Shown: positions 50,175-51,703 of the stretch, piece by piece
How the letters are laid out: each line of letters begins with the position of its first letter
Position numbering within the stretch: position 1 is the first letter of the stretch
Source: a bacterium
GTDB taxonomy: Bacteria > Verrucomicrobiota > Kiritimatiellia > RFP12 > CAIWXQ01
Direction of reading: 5' to 3'
Assembly: GCA_037129105.1 (NCBI GenBank)
Contig: JBAXVM010000001.1
Location: 1 to 51,703, forward strand
DNA length: 51,703 nt
Notes under the pieces: generated by a model
Databases searched by the model: none
What the model was told of the DNA's origin: nothing
The model's input: the letters and a program-made list of their open reading frames with translations, nothing else
Position numbers and translations under genes: made by a program

Positions 50175-51703
50175 ATGAGTTACTGGCAATGCCGCAAGCA
50201 ACGCAAGCACCTGCACGCGCTGGCGCATCATGCCCGCAACCTGCGGCACATGCGCGAAGACGTGATGGCCCCGGCCGACCTGGGCGCCCTGGACGCCGCC
50301 ATACAACGGGCATCGCAGGCGGCACACAGCGGCAATGAGCAGGAGATGCCCGATGCGCATCAGGCGCTGTGCGAACGCGTCGAGGCGTTATCCCCGCCGT
50401 GCAGCCTGCCGGGATGGCGCGAGAATTTTGAAGTGCTGGTGGTGGCACTCGGCGTGGCCATGGCCTTTCGCGCCTATTTCTACCAGCCGTTCCAGATTCC
50501 CACGGGCTCCATGCAGCCGACGCTGTATGGCATCTGTTCGCACGAGCAGGATGCGCCGCGCACCCGCGACCAGCCCATCCTGAAGGTTTCCAACTGGCTG
50601 GCGGCGGGCGAATGGTTCACCCGCGTCGAGACGCGCCGGACCGGCAAGGTCGCCGTGCTCTGGAACGACGACCGCGTTCCCGGCTACACCACGGTAGCGA
50701 GCGGGCGCTGGCCCGGCGCCCTGCCGCCCGCCGCGATCTACCGCAAGGAATCTTCAATCACCCGGAAAGTCGCCTCCATGGGCGGTTTTCTCGGTTTGTC
50801 ATTCTTCGACCGCGGGTACGATCTGCACTTCCTGCCGAACGATGTCGCCAGCCGGCAAGCCGGCATTTATCGAACCGATTTTGTGCCGGACACCGCCGTG
50901 CAGGCGCAGGTGGCCGAAATCCTGCGCAAGGATGCGCTCTGGCTGCAGGCCGCCGCCGCGGATCAGGCCACGGCAGAGATCCGCATGGCGGCATGGCAGA
51001 ATCTTTATCCGATTCTAGCCAGCGTAGCCAACTGGACCCGCGGCGGCAAGCTCGATGCCGCCACGCTGCAAACTGTGCTGATGGCCTACAAGGTCTCCGA
51101 CTTGCGCCGGCAAGGGCAGGTCATCGATCCGGGGATCGAGCAACAGGCGTGTCGCGCCCTGCAACAACTCGTTTCCCAGTGGTCATCCGCGGCCGCAGCC
51201 GGCTCGCCCGCGATCCCCTGGTTTCCCCTGCTCACCGGGTGCGGTGTGGAACTGCCCGCGGGGCAATTGCTCTGGTCAGGTGTGGTAACCGCCGGAGATC
51301 AGGTTTTCGTCAACCGCTGGTCCTGGAGCTTCCGGTTACCACGACGCGGCGAAGTGATGGTTTTCTCAACCCAGGACATCCCGGGATTGGAACCGGGAAC
51401 GCACTACATCAAGCGCATGTGCGGTCTGCCAGGCGAAACACTCGCTGTGCATCCCCCGGAACTGTGGATCAACGGTGAAGCCGTGTTTGAACCGCAAACC
51501 ATCGCCCGGGTGGCCCGCCGTGAAAAGCTGGCGTCGTGGGCGCCGCCCTATGCGGGCTACCGGGTGGTCGGCGATGTGGAGGCGGGGCTTGACCGCGCGC
51601 TGCGCACACCAGCCGACAGCATCCAACTGCAAGCCGATGAGTATTTTGCCATGGGGGACAACACACCCAACAGCAAGGACAGCCGGTACTGGGGCCCCGT
51701 GCC
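50175..51703 (+). CDS. lepB: signal peptidase I, 3'-truncated by the window edge, with a large insertion after the catalytic-serine box
   Basis: This frame is absent from the ORF track because it has no stop in the window; I translated it by hand from the ATG at 50175. TM helix: FEVLVVALGVAMAF. Box B: FQIPTGSMQPTL. Then GDQVFVNRWSW...RRGEVMVF. Box D: HYIKRMCGLPGE. Box E: YFAMGDNTPNSKDSRYWGPV. Confidence 0.85.
   Translation, partial: MSYWQCRKQRKHLHALAHHARNLRHMREDVMAPADLGALDAAIQRASQAAHSGNEQEMPDAHQALCERVEALSPPCSLPGWRENFEVLVVALGVAMAFRAYFYQPFQIPTGSMQPTLYGICSHEQDAPRTRDQPILKVSNWLAAGEWFTRVETRRTGKVAVLWNDDRVPGYTTVASGRWPGALPPAAIYRKESSITRKVASMGGFLGLSFFDRGYDLHFLPNDVASRQAGIYRTDFVPDTAVQAQVAEILRKDALWLQAAAADQATAEIRMAAWQNLYPILASVANWTRGGKLDAATLQTVLMAYKVSDLRRQGQVIDPGIEQQACRALQQLVSQWSSAAAAGSPAIPWFPLLTGCGVELPAGQLLWSGVVTAGDQVFVNRWSWSFRLPRRGEVMVFSTQDIPGLEPGTHYIKRMCGLPGETLAVHPPELWINGEAVFEPQTIARVARREKLASWAPPYAGYRVVGDVEAGLDRALRTPADSIQLQADEYFAMGDNTPNSKDSRYWGPV

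Overview
High-GC bacterial chromosomal window with 43 protein genes (the last runs off the 3' edge) and one tRNA. I see no rRNA, CRISPR, transposase, integrase or phage genes. Gene content (Planctomycete/Verrucomicrobium-type ECF sigma, LamG, PQQ-propeller and GYF-domain proteins) suggests a PVC-superphylum-like organism, but that is inference only. Most of the window is housekeeping: gdhA, infA, lpxD-skp-bamA, dnaB-rplI-rpsR-ssb-rpsF, pth-ctc-prs-tRNA(Gln)-ispE, pyrK-pyrD, aroA, aroC, aroK/aroB fusion and lepB. Accessory content is limited to vapBC, an ECF sigma/anti-sigma pair with an upstream secreted protein, a 994-aa Ser/Thr kinase, an ATP-grasp/GNAT fusion, an NrpR-like regulator next to gdhA, and three large secreted proteins (PQQ propeller, CBM/PA14-like, alpha/alpha-toroid-like). 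I did not find a convincing new multi-gene protein system such as a defence island. What the genes do not explain is a dense network of intergenic palindromic repeats in at least five families. The most striking is a 61-62 nt CTAG-bounded hairpin that sits on gene 3' ends, is always sense-oriented, shows compensatory stem changes, and supplies the stop codon of seven genes. Other notable points are a clean 173-bp MITE with a 10-bp target duplication on a stop codon, an 84-nt heptanucleotide repeat tract inside the anti-sigma gene (possible phase switch), a candidate operator palindrome between gdhA and the NrpR-like gene, and a signal peptidase I with a ~250-aa insertion. All functional calls come from motif recognition by eye; no searches were run.
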